Assembly: GCF_964355755.1 (NCBI RefSeq)
Contig: NC_092671.1
Span: 34,296,304 to 34,360,303 of the forward strand
Origin: Antedon mediterranea
Taxonomy: Eukaryota > Animalia > Echinodermata
Length of the DNA: 64,000 nt
Reading direction: 5' to 3'
Shown here: positions 26,549-40,279 of the stretch, in pieces
Layout: the number at the start of each line of letters is the position of its first letter
Numbering within the stretch: position 1 is the stretch's first letter
Position numbers and translations under genes: made by a program
Notes under the pieces: generated by a model
What the model was told of the DNA's origin: nothing
Databases searched by the model: none
The model's input: only the letters and a program-made list of their open reading frames with translations

Positions 26549-28502
26549 CCCTGTCTACATAAAAACTCTTAAGGTGAAAAATATCTATTAAAAACTACTA
26601 ACAATGGTGTAGCTTAAAGACCTACTTTAAATAGTGCTACATCAACTATGATACAACTGCTTACTGTGTACTTTTAATAGGTAGTACCTATTATGTCACC
26701 TATCTATTTTATGTAGTCAGAAAGTAGTCAAAGAAATTATGATAAAATCCTTAGTAGCCAAGAGAAAAAACTACTAACGGCCTATTAAGCCTACTAAGGA
26801 TTGAGCTATTTCTATTAAAGACTATCTAAATATACTTAGTTATTTCGTTATGAGTTTACATGGTCAAGTTTGTCATTAATAAAATGCAGTAGAAGTAAAA
26901 TTGAGAAACATTACAAATGAATCAATTCTTTGTATTTATAAAAACGCAATTTTTTACGTTTAAAAAAAAATTACTTTCCTTAGTTACACATAGAAATGGT
27001 TGCTAAGGTAACACTATAAGTAAAAAATGAAAATTGTTGAGAATTTTTATGAACTATCTTGTAAATTTTGATCAAACATTAATAGTTGTAGTAAAAAGGT
27101 CAGATTTTTTTGGGAGGTCTTTCTGTATCTCTTTAAACAAAATAGATTTAAAAATTTATAAAAACCCTTGACGCTATTATTTCAAAGTTTAACATTATTT
27201 TCCATCAACTAAATATTTCAATGCAAAATACTGTTTTTCTGGCAATTAATTGAAATAAACCTGGCAACACATTCTCCTATTTTATCTAAACTATTCGTAT
27301 GACTCTAGTAGCATTATGACAAGCCACATATACCTTTTATTATTGGGTTAGCCATATTAAATTGTGTTTCATGTGTTTTGTTTGTTGATATTTTGCTAGT
27401 ATTTTTTTGTATTTTTCGTATTTTCCTGGCAACACAAAACCTATGTACGAAATTTACCCCAGTGTTTTCTTCGTGATTATTGTTGACAAACCTATTGACT
27501 ATCAAATTAAAAAACCTCATTGATTTAAAAACACCACTTTAGAAGTTATAGGTACGTTTATGAGGTATACTTTTATAAAAAAAATATTTTTTAAAAACAC
27601 CCCTTTTTAAAATAATGGTATCAACCAAACTCCATTTTGTAATCTTTTTTTTTCTACATTAAATGGAACTCAATAAATTTTGTTTACACTGCTATAAACA
27701 AAAACTGTATACTGTAAGTATTTTTGGTTAAAATAAGTATACAAGTTTGTACTTTTTCACTATTGAAAATCTGTAAAAAATGGCAAAAACATCAACATTT
27801 GGATAATTGACCGTTGTCATGGCAACGGAGGCTAAAAATTAAAATGAATGCTGTAGATATGCTTTTTATTGAAATGTCTATTCATGGTAAAAATTTGAGA
27901 GAAATCCATTTTTTTACATCTGCCACCAAATCTTTGATTTTTACAGACAATGGCTCTTAAATACAATGTTCAACCTTAATACCTTAGTTTTTTGGAAATA
28001 ATTACAAAATGTACTGTATATTGTATGCAGTGTCAGAAAACATTTTATTATATATCACTTCAAAGTTCAGTAGTGTAATGTAATGTGCATAATGAATGAA
28101 CTAATACAAACCAAAGAATACCTAAAGTAAACAATTATTAAAAATAACCAAGAACAATATTTATATTTTAAATATAATATAAAATAATTAACTGACGGTG
28201 GCCATCATAGATTTGTTTGAAATCAGGTGAACACCGACAGCTGAATGGAGTTGTTGAGTTGCTGGCAGGTTTTAACAGGTTGCACGGTAACCGCAGGTGT
28301 GCCGCCGGGACCCGGGATGCATTTATCACAAATATTGATTTCGCGTGAAAATTTGCTCCCAAATACTTCCCACGATGCTTCGCGCACACTATTTGAGATA
28401 AACCATATTGGCCCATGTTGCAAGACGTTAAAATGTCTTGCTGAATGTCATTGTGTGGTGTTTGCTGAATGTTTAAAAGATTTGAAATAAATACTGTATT
28501 TA

Positions 28503-29886
28503 TCTACATATAAATTTACGTTAGGGCAAAATTCGGTAAATCGCGCGTTATTTCTAGAATGTTTACTCGATGGTATATAAAGTTGGTTCGTACTTTCGGT
28601 ACTGATTTTAACCACCTGATGTAACCCTGTTTACTAATTAAATTGAGTTCGATAATTAGTTATTGACGATTAAAACGAATTTAGGTTCAACGATTTTCCC
28701 CAAATAGGGGTGTTTTTCGATCGTGGTATACACTGTCTAATGGATGTCCGTCTTGAAAAATACCCGCAGACAATAATACGAGGATGCTTCGCATTTTCCT
28801 ATCTCCTCCTACGATAATTGTTTTAATGGCTGAAAACCGGTTGAACAGCTCGAGTACAGCATCATAATGTTGAAGACAGGCCGATTTTCTTAAAAAAATA
28901 CTATTTTCATAGATTTAATATACGTATACAAATGTATTGATTTGCGATGAATGGAACATTCCAATCTCTGTTCCACAAGTGTCTATTCCCTCAGGCGTCG
29001 TAAAGGCAAGTACTGTATACTCATAACAGAAATTCGATCCATTTTTTTTCAACCAACCCCACCATTTCAATCTGTGCTGCAGAGGTTGGATAAACATTTT
29101 TTTTTAACTGATAATGAGCTAGCGTTTTCACTCGCCGTATATTATGTACACATCTTTATTATTGCAGTTAAACCACCCACATCACCACCCTTCCCTCACT
29201 GGCATGAGTAGCGTTGGTGGGTAGGGTAGGAACCAACTTAAGTATGAATTGGCTCTAAGAAACAATTGAAAACCATTAGGCCTACTAATTAAGTTGAGTT
29301 AGATAATTTAATATTTATTGACGATTAAATCGAATTTATGATTTTCCCCGAATAGAGGTGGTTTTCACAAATTGTGATATATTATATAAACATAATACAC
29401 GTCGTAGTGATGTATCGTTACATGTACTGTACTATTTCAATCGGTGATAGTTTCAACAAAGTATTAAATGGCAATGTTTTACTGTGTGTAGTGGTATATT
29501 ATTTGTAAAACATGAAAACAATTACTATTTCGTTACTAAATGGATAAAGAATATATTTAAAAATTGTTCCTCTTTGCACCCATCCTCTTCCCCATCCCTC
29601 AACCCTAATGTTACATACAAAACACAAATTAAGTTTGTTTAAATTTAAACAATTGGTCTCATTTTGTGACAAGTTTCTCTTTTGGAAGTAATTCCCAGGG
29701 TGCTAAATTTAGTTGAGTACATAAATCAGTGTCTATTTATTCGTTCCTGTAAACGACATGTATTATTGTCCTGCGGTACGTACATTTGAAATCGCCAGTT
29801 TTTTAACGCTGAAATTATTATGTATTCGAGAACCATCTGTGGGCACGACCTAGATGGTACGCGAGCGAAGCGAGCGTACCATCTAG
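28503..29886 (+). mobile_element. Non-autonomous Helitron (family A)
   Basis: 5' TC, 3' hairpin ctagatggtacgc-gagcgaagcga-gcgtaccatCTAG, inserted A|T with no TSD. The empty site is at ~38340-38360. Confidence 0.9.
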
Positions 29887-30814
29887 TTATACCAATTAAG
29901 CCTACCGCATTTATTTGAATAAACATTATTTTAAATCTGCACCTTCTAATACACCCCACCACATATATTTATACACACAATATTGTATAATAACACAAAC
30001 AAAATTCTATTTGTATTAGAATTCATTGACTGCTATATCTTCAATTTACCAAGCATTTTGATAAAATTGTTTACAGTATTTATCACTTTTTGATTAATTA
30101 TAGTCTTGTATTTCTTCATATCTAGGGGAATTTATTTTACTATGAAATGTTACCATATTACAAACAAACGCCTCCATCGAACTCCCCACCCTATAACACC
30201 CACCCCGCCTCAACAACAAATATGTACAAGGAAATGATTTTACACAATTTTACTGTGTTAACATATTTTAAGAAATTAAACAAATTAAAAGAACATAATT
30301 CATCTAAAAAAATAATATAAAACATTAAATAGTAAGATGATAATTTAAAGAGAATGTCTAATTGTCAATAAACAATAGAGCAAGAAATTACTAAAAAAAA
30401 AACCACAAATATAATCTATTCTGCCAGAAATTATTTATGTTATACTAATGAAGCTTATTTTATCTGATGATGAATAAACTTGCATACCAAGACAAAGTAT
30501 TTACAAAATCAAAATTCATTCAAATACCTTATAGTGCCTCACTATTACATCTCTGTCACAGTTTGTTTTAACTCATTCATTGCGTATATAAATATTTTTT
30601 TTAATATTTCAAGTTTTGTTTAAATTAAATTACTTTAAAGATGCAAGACATAACTTTTGTATACAGTAATAATAATGGTATGATGAGTAAGAGAAGAACA
30701 ATACACAAACCATCTGATTGACAATAAATATTAGAGCAGATAATTTAAACAATGCAGAAACTATTCAAAGATTATGTAGACATACTATTGAATCTATAAT
30801 ATTTTTTTTTACAG

Positions 30815-30832
30815 ACAAAATATATGGTCATC
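30815..30832 (+). CDS. Putative 18-nt microexon (acaaaatatatggtcatc)
   Basis: Variant branch point (catactatt), T9 tract, acag acceptor ending 30814, gtaagt donor at 30833. Confidence 0.6.
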
Positions 30833-31952
30833 GTAAGTATAAACTTAAATTGTTTACTAAATTAAAAATGCAAAATGTATTACAAAACAATTGAAAGTAA
30901 AAGTAGTATAATGAAATAAATGAATGAATCGACTTGCAAATTATAGGAAAGAGTGAAATTAAATTGTATTTTCACTTTTTCCTGGTTAAAACAAAGTATA
31001 CCAAAATCAAATTTGCATTTAGACAATTCCTACACCTCAGGAATTGTGTATTGAATTTCATATACTGTACTAATCTTTCAAATAATTGTAACAATAGACT
31101 AAATTCATAATTATTATTTCAACAAAAAAATGTTTACAAATTATAGTACAACTTTGTTACTGTGTTATTTTGGGTATTTAAATTACTGTAGTTGTGTAAA
31201 TTACAAAATTAGGCTAGACAAAGCATAACAAAATGAACAATTTAATTTAGACACTTCCTACCTACACATCGGTAAAAAAAAATATTGTACATCATTTTAC
31301 TGTATTAATTACGATATTTTAAACAATTGTCTAGATTACAAAAATAGTTAATATAGGCCTATTGTAAAATCACAATTAAACTTGCTTGGTTAAAATAATG
31401 AGTACAATTTAAATTGTAAAATAAATTTGTAGATTGTTATAAAACTAACTCCAAATAATGAGAGGCAAGCCATGATTCAACATTTTGATCTTTATTTGAT
31501 CATCATCAGATATCATCATGATGATGATATAAATAATAAATTTTGAAACAATGAATCTTGATAATGATTGTTTAAACAAAACATATTTACACTAAACAAA
31601 TGATTTTACACAATTTTACTGTGTTACCATATTTTAAACAATTTTCTAGATTACAAAAAAGTTAATATAGACCTAATAGTTTCAAGAACAAACAAAATAG
31701 TTTATAGATTTATTACTAAAACTTTTTTAAATCGTAAGAGAATATACAATATTAAGCCTATATGACTCACTATTGAAACAATAAGAAATCAAGATTAAAC
31801 TTGCTATTACAAAAATTTAATAAAATAAAACAAATGCAATACATAGCAGTCTGATTGTCAATAGATAATAAGAGCAGGTAATGAAAACAATGCAAAACTA
31901 TTCATACATTATTTATGTAAACATACTAATGAATATTAATACTTCTTTACAG

Positions 31953-31973
31953 AAAACTGGACATACTGGAGGA
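31953..31973 (+). CDS. Putative 21-nt microexon (aaaactggacatactggagga)
   Basis: catactaat, pyrimidine tract, acag acceptor ending 31952, gtaagt donor at 31974. Confidence 0.6.
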
Positions 31974-33828
31974 GTAAGTATCAGCTTAATATCTAATTGT
32001 TAGATAAAGCATGGAGTAATTATTACTCCATGGATAAAGTGTGAAATGTATTACATAACACTTAGCACAATGAATGGCCAATTATGATTAGCACAAAGCA
32101 TGAACAAAATTTCATTTATACAGTATTAATAATTTAAATCTATCAAATAATTATAATTGTAAAATACCTTCATAGATTGTTATTATTTAAACAAAATATA
32201 TTTACAAAGGAATGATTTTACAGCATTTTACTGTGTTATGATATTTTAGGCCTAATATTTGTCTAAACAAACAAAATATTTGTAAAGATTTTATACTAAA
32301 ACTCTTTTAACTTTTTTATTCTCTTTATTAAACTTGCTATACAAACATTTAGTAAAATAACACAAATGCAATACATAGCAGTCTGATTGTCAATAGATAA
32401 TAAGAGCAGGTAATGAAAACAATGCAAAACTATTCATACATTATTTATATTAACATACTAATGAATATAAATACTACTTTACAGACAGCGAGAGTATAAC
32501 CTTAATATAATTATGATTAGATAAAGTGTGAAATTTATTATGTAACACTTAAAATTGCAAGTAATAATTAAAGGCCTTTTATGGTTACCACAACGCATAA
32601 CAAAATCAAAATTACATTTACACATACTTCATGCACCCCAGGAATTGTGGGTGAAATTTCATGTTCTGTATTATATTAAATCTTTCAAATAATTGTACTA
32701 ATTCTAAAATAAGTTCATAGATTAATAATTAAACAATAACAAAATGATTAAAAATATTTATTTACAAAAAAAAATTAATCTTACAACTTTTGACTGTGTT
32801 TTTGGATCTTTTAGCTAATTTTCCAAATTGTATAATAAGTAATTCACTATATTATATGTATTATTTAAAAGTTCCATGTAAAGCAGTATGATGAAATATA
32901 AATTGAATGATGAATAACTCCAATATTATTACTATTACTGTTTCCTTTAGACACTTCCTACACCTGTGAAATTTATTACAACAAGATTGAAATCTTTTAT
33001 AATTAAATGTAAATTGAATGGACTTTATCCACTTATTAAAGCAAAACAGAATCAAAATTACATTTAAACACATTCTACACCCCAGAAAGTGTGTATTGAA
33101 TGTCATGTACTGTGTTAATTTGAATCTTTCAAATAGTTGTAAAATAAATTCATGATACAACTTTTTACTCTATTTTTTTTTTGGTTATATTAAATTATTG
33201 TCTAAATTACAAAATAAGTTAATATAATAGATCTTTGTTTATATATATATATATATATATATATTGTAATATTTGTGGCAAACAGTAGGCTACGTCGGGG
33301 AAACAAAAAACACTCTCCGTATGAGAATGACACAACTCAGATCAGCTATCACAACATTAAAGCTTGATCAACCTGTAGCCGAACGAACATTTTAATTCAG
33401 CTGGTCACTCGATTGCAAATTTCAGAGTTATTGCAATAGACCACGATGTCAAATGTAGCGACAACATTTGCAAAGACAAAGAAAACCACTGGGAATTACA
33501 ACTTAAAACCACAAAAACTTTTGGACTTAACATTAGGAACATACTAGATCGGTAAAGTCATTCCATTTACTACCAACATTTAAGTTTCAATATTAACCAC
33601 CATTTAAGCTGTTTTTTAGTTTCATTCCAAAGTTGTTTATATCTCTACCAAACTACCTTCTTTGTTTTCTACTCTTATTCAGTCTCCACCCACCATTCAA
33701 CAGGCTGTTTCTATTGTTATATTTCTTTTATTCCTGTCCACCCAGGCAGCACTTGCCAGTTCTTATGCTATGACGTTATCCAAATTCCTTCACTTGCACT
33801 GATGAAGGGCTTTTCAGGGTTCAGGGCT

Positions 33829-36247
33829 GAAAGTAAGAAAAAAGCCACCCCTGTAAAAAGCCACCATTGTTAAAAGCCACCCAACAATGGACTATACCAT
33901 TTCAAAATGGGGGTGCTATGTAATCAACTTGTATTTAATTGTGTGTTATGAATAGGAATGTAGCATGAATTACATGTACAACATTTTATTAAATATAAAT
34001 TTGGAATACTTAGGACTGACAAATGTAAACAAACGACACAAAAATAAGAATCAATTTTTAATAAACATGTATTCAATTTAATTTGAAATCTCCAAATAAA
34101 AAATATCACATAGTCCTTATACAATGAAAAAGTATTGATATTATAAACATTCTGTCTAATTAAAAACATTACATTAAATTGAATGAATAAATAAATAAAG
34201 TACACAAAATTATATTTAATTATATCAGTTTAACATTTTTGAGAGATAATAATTGTTTTATATTTGCAAACACTGTACATTAAATACAAGACGTGGCATT
34301 GGTTGCAAGTTACTTTAATCGTATGGCATAACCTAGTGCAGTCATAGTTTGATATAATGCTTTGGCCTGTCGGTTGTACTTAGAAATTATGTTATAGAGT
34401 TGCTCCTGGTGTTTAACTGTTGATTTGGTAATGCGTTTAGATGGCACTGGTTGTCCTCGCCTTACAAGTTCAATTAAAGTCGCTGAAGATGCTTCATCTC
34501 TTTTGACTGCATTGATTGATGACCAGATAGATGGGTTTGTATGACCAGTGTTGTTAAGATGCTTTCTATTCCAGGATTCACAAATGTTGTTTGTCCTTGG
34601 TTCACAGTTTAATGTCAGGTGATAAACGTTCCATAGGTCTATGTCAAACATTGGTGGGATCCTTCTGAATATGTGTTGTTTGCCTGGTTGTGCCATGTGA
34701 TGCGAATATGTTCCGTTGACATAAGTTGTATCAAAGTAGTCAAGAAAGTCCTCTAATACTATACTTCAGGTGAATTTTCCCGTAGGTGCTGCATACCTTC
34801 TTTGACCTAGATAAAACAAAGATTATTTATGAGTAAAGTAGAATGATCAATGTTCCAGATAATTCTTAATTTGAAATCATGTAGGCCTAAGAGTCATTTT
34901 TATGTTTTAAAGTTATGGTGCTACAGTACGAATAAATGTTCAAATTAAATTGATAAAAGAAATCAAATAAAGGGACATGACAACATAGCTTGTAGAACAA
35001 TTAGATAGAAAAAAGTTATTAAATCAATTATTAAAGCAGTAAAATTATAAAGAACAAGTAAAAAATCACCATCTTGAAATGCATAATTCTATGTGAACGG
35101 AAGGTGGAAATTAAACAAATAAATATAAATAAAATATATTGTAAAGATAACATACCTTATCTGGAGGCAGGAAAGCGAGACCATCTACCATTCCACAGAT
35201 GGTACATAACCTAGTAGTCTACATTGATCAACAATGGCAGTAAGAAATTGTTTGTAATGTTCTTGCAATTTTGATGCAAGTAGCACATATACAGTTGTTA
35301 TCGAATTGTCTTCTAACTCAACGTGAATCACATACAATTGCTCATAGAGTTTTGGGCTGGTTTTAAATGTTCCATCCATAAACCAGGTTGTTGAATTGCA
35401 TAGGTGACGCAAACCATCCGAAGTTGCAAAAACTGTGACACGGTCATTATTACCAATCATAGCATCATGGATTAGAAAGTCTCTGTGATCAACAGTTTTC
35501 ATCCATTCACCATCAATGACTAGGTCTTCCAGCGATTGTGGCTGACCAGGATGACTTTTACTTCTTTTGATTCTGATGTTTCTTTTTAGACTTTCTGCAC
35601 AAGTCATAGTAACACGAACATTGAGCGGTTGTTTGGCCATCTCATCAATGACTATCTGAGCTGGAGTTGCTCTACAAGTTGTGCCTTTATCCATAATACT
35701 ATGTCTTGCTTTCTCTGCATGAGCCTTCATGATGTTAACTGCATGATTGTGTTCCGATACATACTGCACTTCGGCCATATCGATGTCTGTCCGTAGTACA
35801 CCTTTGCAAGCAAACTTTCTATGTGAAGAACACTCCCAAATTATCGAACTTCTGTTAGACTTACGTTTAGTATAAAGATAACCATCATAGCATAATTTGC
35901 GACCTCCCTTATTATTTGTAATGAACTCCATTTTGAAATGATTTGTATTTTGATAACGTGCCTTAACATTACAATGGCATAACATGTATTATGAATCTTA
36001 ACTAAGTAGGAAGTGTTTGATGTTTTGGCAGTGGCATTTGGAAGAGGTAACATGAAAAGTGTAGGCATCCCTTTGATTAGCTTTGATATTGTTTCTAAAT
36101 AACACCTACACCCAAATTGCTATTCACAATAACACAATTAAATAAAAATTGATTGTCCAGCACTCCCACTTTACAATGGTATAGTCCATTGTTGGGTGGC
36201 TTTTTAAAATGGTGGCTTTTTACAGGGGTGGCTTTTTTCCGATTTCC
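33829..36247 (-). mobile_element. Mutator (MULE) DNA transposon
   Basis: ~90-bp TIRs (gaaaaaagccacccctgtaaaaagccacc...) at 33829-33918 and 36158-36247; target duplication approximately gaagggct. Confidence 0.9.
34310..35931 (-). pseudogene. FLYWCH + MULE transposase, internally deleted, with one intron (~34807-35155)
   Basis: GGRKLCYDGYLY...WEC...CKG...HNH (FLYWCH), WFMDGTFK..P.LYEQLY, RTNNICESWN. Confidence 0.85.
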
Positions 36248-37254
36248 GAAGGGGCTAGTGTTGCCCGAAAGCTCTGCTAACTTTTCTGGCTGTTTTACTT
36301 TATCGTTTTGATTTAGCTTTTCGCTTTTTTTTTTTATCTCCATTGAGATCCAGCCACTGATACCCACAGCGTTGTCATTTTTTCAGTAATTTGCCTTTGG
36401 ATTTATATATATTGTTATTATATTCAGAATCAAAATAAATATTATTACTGTTAATTATAACTTTTTAAATGATAAGAATATCAAGAGATTTTAGACTAAA
36501 TGACCTGCTATTGCAAAATAATAACACAAATAAAGATTAAACATACTATAATTAGCAGTATGGTTGTTAATTATATAGAGCAAGTAATTGAAACAATGCA
36601 TAACTATTAATTCATACATTATTCATGTAAACATACTAATGAATTAATACTTGTTGTAAAGAAAAAACATAAACTATCTAATTATTTACTAAAATGTGAA
36701 ATATATTCCAAAATACAATTGAGAGTACAAGTAGCACATACAGTACTAGCATATTACTGTTTGGTCAAAGTGGCAAATACTTCCTACTTTTAGGCAATTT
36801 TTTTTTTAATTTGGATATTTTATTTAGATATTTCTTCAAAATATAAAATAATTTGTATTATATATTTCAATTATTTTTAAATTTAAATAAGTTTATAATT
36901 ATACATTATCATTTAAGCCACAAATAATATGTATACTACAAAAATGGTAGTCCTAGTCTACTACAACTTTTCTAATATTTCAAATACAGTAATTGTCTAA
37001 ATTGTCATATTATAGATTTGTCTTTAAACACATTTTCCTAAACCTTCTTTTAAAAACAATGTTCAACCTTAATACCTTAGTTTTTGGAAATAATTGCCAA
37101 ATGTATATTGTATGCAGTGTCAGAAAATATTTTATTACATATCACTTCAAAGTACAGTAGTATAATGTAATGTGCATTATAATGAATGAACTAATACAAA
37201 CCAAAGCATAACATAAAGTAAACAATTATTAAAAATAACCAAGAACAATATTTA

Positions 37255-38720
37255 TCTATATATAAATTAAGGTTAATTCTGACATAGGCGAGCACAATGC
37301 AAAAACTTCGGTACAAATCTCCGCCTTGGATACCTACCTTATCTATCTCAGATGTACCGCGAAACGTAGATTTGATAACATTAGTGTTCAGTTCGACGCT
37401 ATTGTTCCATATTTCTAGCGCAGGAAGATATTATAAAGAGTTCTTTAACAAAATTTATGATTTCAACAGTAGATTTTCAATTCTTCGCGGTCAAAGTAAT
37501 TTCCGGGTTTACGATAAGTTCACCTTGCAACAACCTGGTTTCAACTATTTTCTCTCTTTTATACAAAAGGAAGCAGTTAAAATATTAGATTTGACACTAA
37601 AGGTGACTGGAAACAGGCACTTTCCATCAATCAATACAGTGTCCCTTTGGAAGACGAAAAAAAAATCAGATAGTAGGACTGGAGCTTAAGTTAATAGAAA
37701 TTATACTGCAAATTAATAAAGATCAAATTAAATATACGCCATAAAGAATCCGAATATATTGTGGGGAATAGTATTATAACATAGGGAGATTTGATGATAA
37801 GACATTTTGTTTAAAATCGAGTGAAATCCCGGTAGCTGAGTTTTATTTAAAAAGCTGGCAGGAATAACTGTAGGCTCTCCTGTGTCCCGTTAGGACCGAG
37901 ATGTCTGTCCATGTTGCAAGCTGTTATGTCTTCTTTCTTGAGCCCAATCTGTCACGGCAGTTAGTTTCAAAAGATGTTTGAATGAAATAATGTATTATTA
38001 ATTATTAGGATGGTATTTATTTGAACAAATGCCTCTCCAATAAAACATCACTTTGAATAATAATCCCACAAAAACACCGACAGCCGAATGGAGTTTTTGA
38101 GTTGCTGGCAGGTTTTAACAGGTTGCACGGTAACCGCAGGTGTGCCGCCGGGACCCGGGATGCATTTATCACAAATAGCTTGATTTCGTGAGAAAATTTG
38201 CTTCCAAATACTTCCCACGATGCTTCGCGCACATTATTTGAGATAAACCATATTGGCACATGTTGCAAGACGTTAAAATGTCTTGCTGGAATGTCATTGT
38301 GTGGTGTTTGCTGAATGTTTACAAGATTTGAACTAAATACTGTATTTATTATACCAATTAAGCCTACCGCATTTATTTGAATAAACATTATTTTAAATCT
38401 GCACCTTCTAATACACCCCACCACATATATTTATACACACAATATTGTATAATAACACAAACACAATTCTATTTGTATTAGAATTCATTGACTGATATAT
38501 CTACAATTTACCAAGCATTTTGATACGATTGTTTACAGTATTTATCACTTGATTATATTAATTATCGTGTTGTATTGTTCATATCAAGGGGAATTTATTT
38601 TATTATGAAGTCTTACCATATTACAAAACAAACGCCTCCCTCGAATTAACTCCCTACCCTCTAACATCCTTCTGGTTTTTATCCTAGGTACCAAAATCTG
38701 ACCATGTGAGTGTGTAGGTG
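37255..38720 (+). mobile_element. Helitron family B, longer 3'-incomplete copy
   Basis: The 5' ~340 bp match 39016-39352 and start with A|TC. The internal part is shared with 28230-28500 and 29887-30200. Confidence 0.6.
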
Positions 38721-39015
38721 GTTACCTGAAGTCAAAGTGTGACATTTATTACAAAACAATTGAAAGTACAAGTAGTATTAATGAAATAGAAATTCATGAA
38801 AATGGACATATTTTGGTCAAGTTGTAGCATATCAAAATCAAAATTTCATTGAATCTTTTAAATAATTGTAAAATAAATTCATATTATCTTTTTAAATCAT
38901 AAAAAATCAAGGAATTTTGACTAAAAGATTCACTACTGCAAAAATAATAAGAATCAATGCTAATTACAATGTTTAATACATTTTGTAAATAAACAGAACT
39001 TAAATTAATAAAGCA

Positions 39016-39700
39016 TCTATATTTAAATTATGGTTAATTCTGACATAGGCGAGCACAATGCAAAAACTTCGGTACAAATCTCCGCCTTGGATACCTACCT
39101 TATCTATCTCAGATGTACCGCGAAACATAGATTTGATAACATTAGTGTTCAGTTCGACGCTATTGTTCCATATTTCTAGCGCAGGAAGATATTATAAAGA
39201 GTTCTTTAACAAAATTTATGATTTCAACAGTGGATTTTCAATTCTTCGCGGTCAAAGTAATTTCCGGGTTTACGATAAGTTCACCTTGCAACAACCTGGT
39301 TTCAACTATTTTCTCTCTTTTATACAAAAGGAAGCAGTTAAAATATTAGATTTTGTTATTCTTTTTTACTCCTTTTCATATCTTTTAGAGGATTTCATTT
39401 GATTATAAATGTTACCATATTAATAAAACTAAACAAATTAACATATATCCCTTGAATAAGCACCTCTCTCAAATGAATTCCGCCTCCCCAAAGGGCCCTA
39501 CAAAAAAATAAACACTATACTTTAAAATATTATTAATCATCTAAAACACTGTGAAACAGAGTAGTTTAGTTTTACGAATGTCAAGCATTTTCCATAATGG
39601 TAACCGACAGAAAACGTACAAGGAGAACATTTTTATCATTCCGAGAACCATCGTCTACACCTCCTAGAGGGGGAGCGAGCGAAGCGAGCTCACCCTCTAG
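39016..39700 (+). mobile_element. Non-autonomous Helitron (family B)
   Basis: A|TC start; 3' hairpin ctagaggg-gagc...gctcaccctCTAG|T. Confidence 0.85.
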
Positions 39701-39812
39701 TATCACATAATTATAATAGTATGATGATAATTCACAGACAATGCCTAATTTTCAATAAATAATAGAATTATTTGTGTTAAACATACCAATGAAGCTTATA
39801 TCTTGTTTACAG

Positions 39813-39827
39813 AGACACTTCACAAAA
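39813..39827 (+). CDS. Putative 15-nt microexon (agacacttcacaaaa)
   Basis: cataccaat variant branch point, acag acceptor ending 39812, gtaaat donor at 39828. Confidence 0.5.
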
Positions 39828-40264
39828 GTAAATACAAACAGTTAAAAGGTTAATATTATTGAAATCATAATATACCAGTACCATGTACTATATTAGTAAA
39901 TATGGTATGTAGTATAATAAGATGATGAATAAAGTTGCATGTTATGGCCAAGACAAAGCATTAACAAAATGCATTTAGACCTTAGTGCCTCACTATTACG
40001 TCTCTGTAACAGTTTGTCACCATTTGTCACCACTCATCCATTGCATATGTAGAATTTTTGTAATACAAGTTTGCATAAATGAAAATGACTTTAAAGATGC
40101 AACACATAACTTTTGTATACAGTAATAATAATTATATAATGAGTAAGAGAAGAAAAGAACAATACACAAACCATCTGATTATCAATAAATAATAGAGCAG
40201 ATATTTAAACAATGGAGAAATATATATCACATACTAATGAATCTATAATACTTTTTTTTTACAG

Positions 40265-40279
40265 AAAACGGCTAAAAAT
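40265..40279 (+). CDS. Possible 15-nt microexon (aaaacggctaaaaat)
   Basis: catactaat, T9 tract, acag acceptor ending 40264. The donor gtaata is weak and may be a by-product of a deletion in this unit. Confidence 0.35.

Larger units (their letters stand above)
22667..26854. mobile_element. Putative non-autonomous EnSpm/CACTA-like element carrying two internal satellites
   Basis: Imperfect ends cccataacaaaa / tttcgttatgag, possible 2-bp TSD tt, subterminal agtag/ctact-rich repeats in opposite orientation. Confidence 0.45.
33265..36402 (+). mobile_element. Penelope-like 3' fragment (GIY-YIG remnant + hammerhead), split by a MULE
   Basis: Decayed C..C.KQ.YVGET...HFN...GLN. The 3' UTR matches 15750-15858. 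Flanked by (TA)n; the empty site is at ~13205-13235. Confidence 0.8.

Noticed and set aside
37297-39402. Duplicated ORFs MQKLRYKSPPW... as a host gene pair
   Set aside because: They coincide with the 5' ends of two Helitron-B copies and have no recognisable domain.
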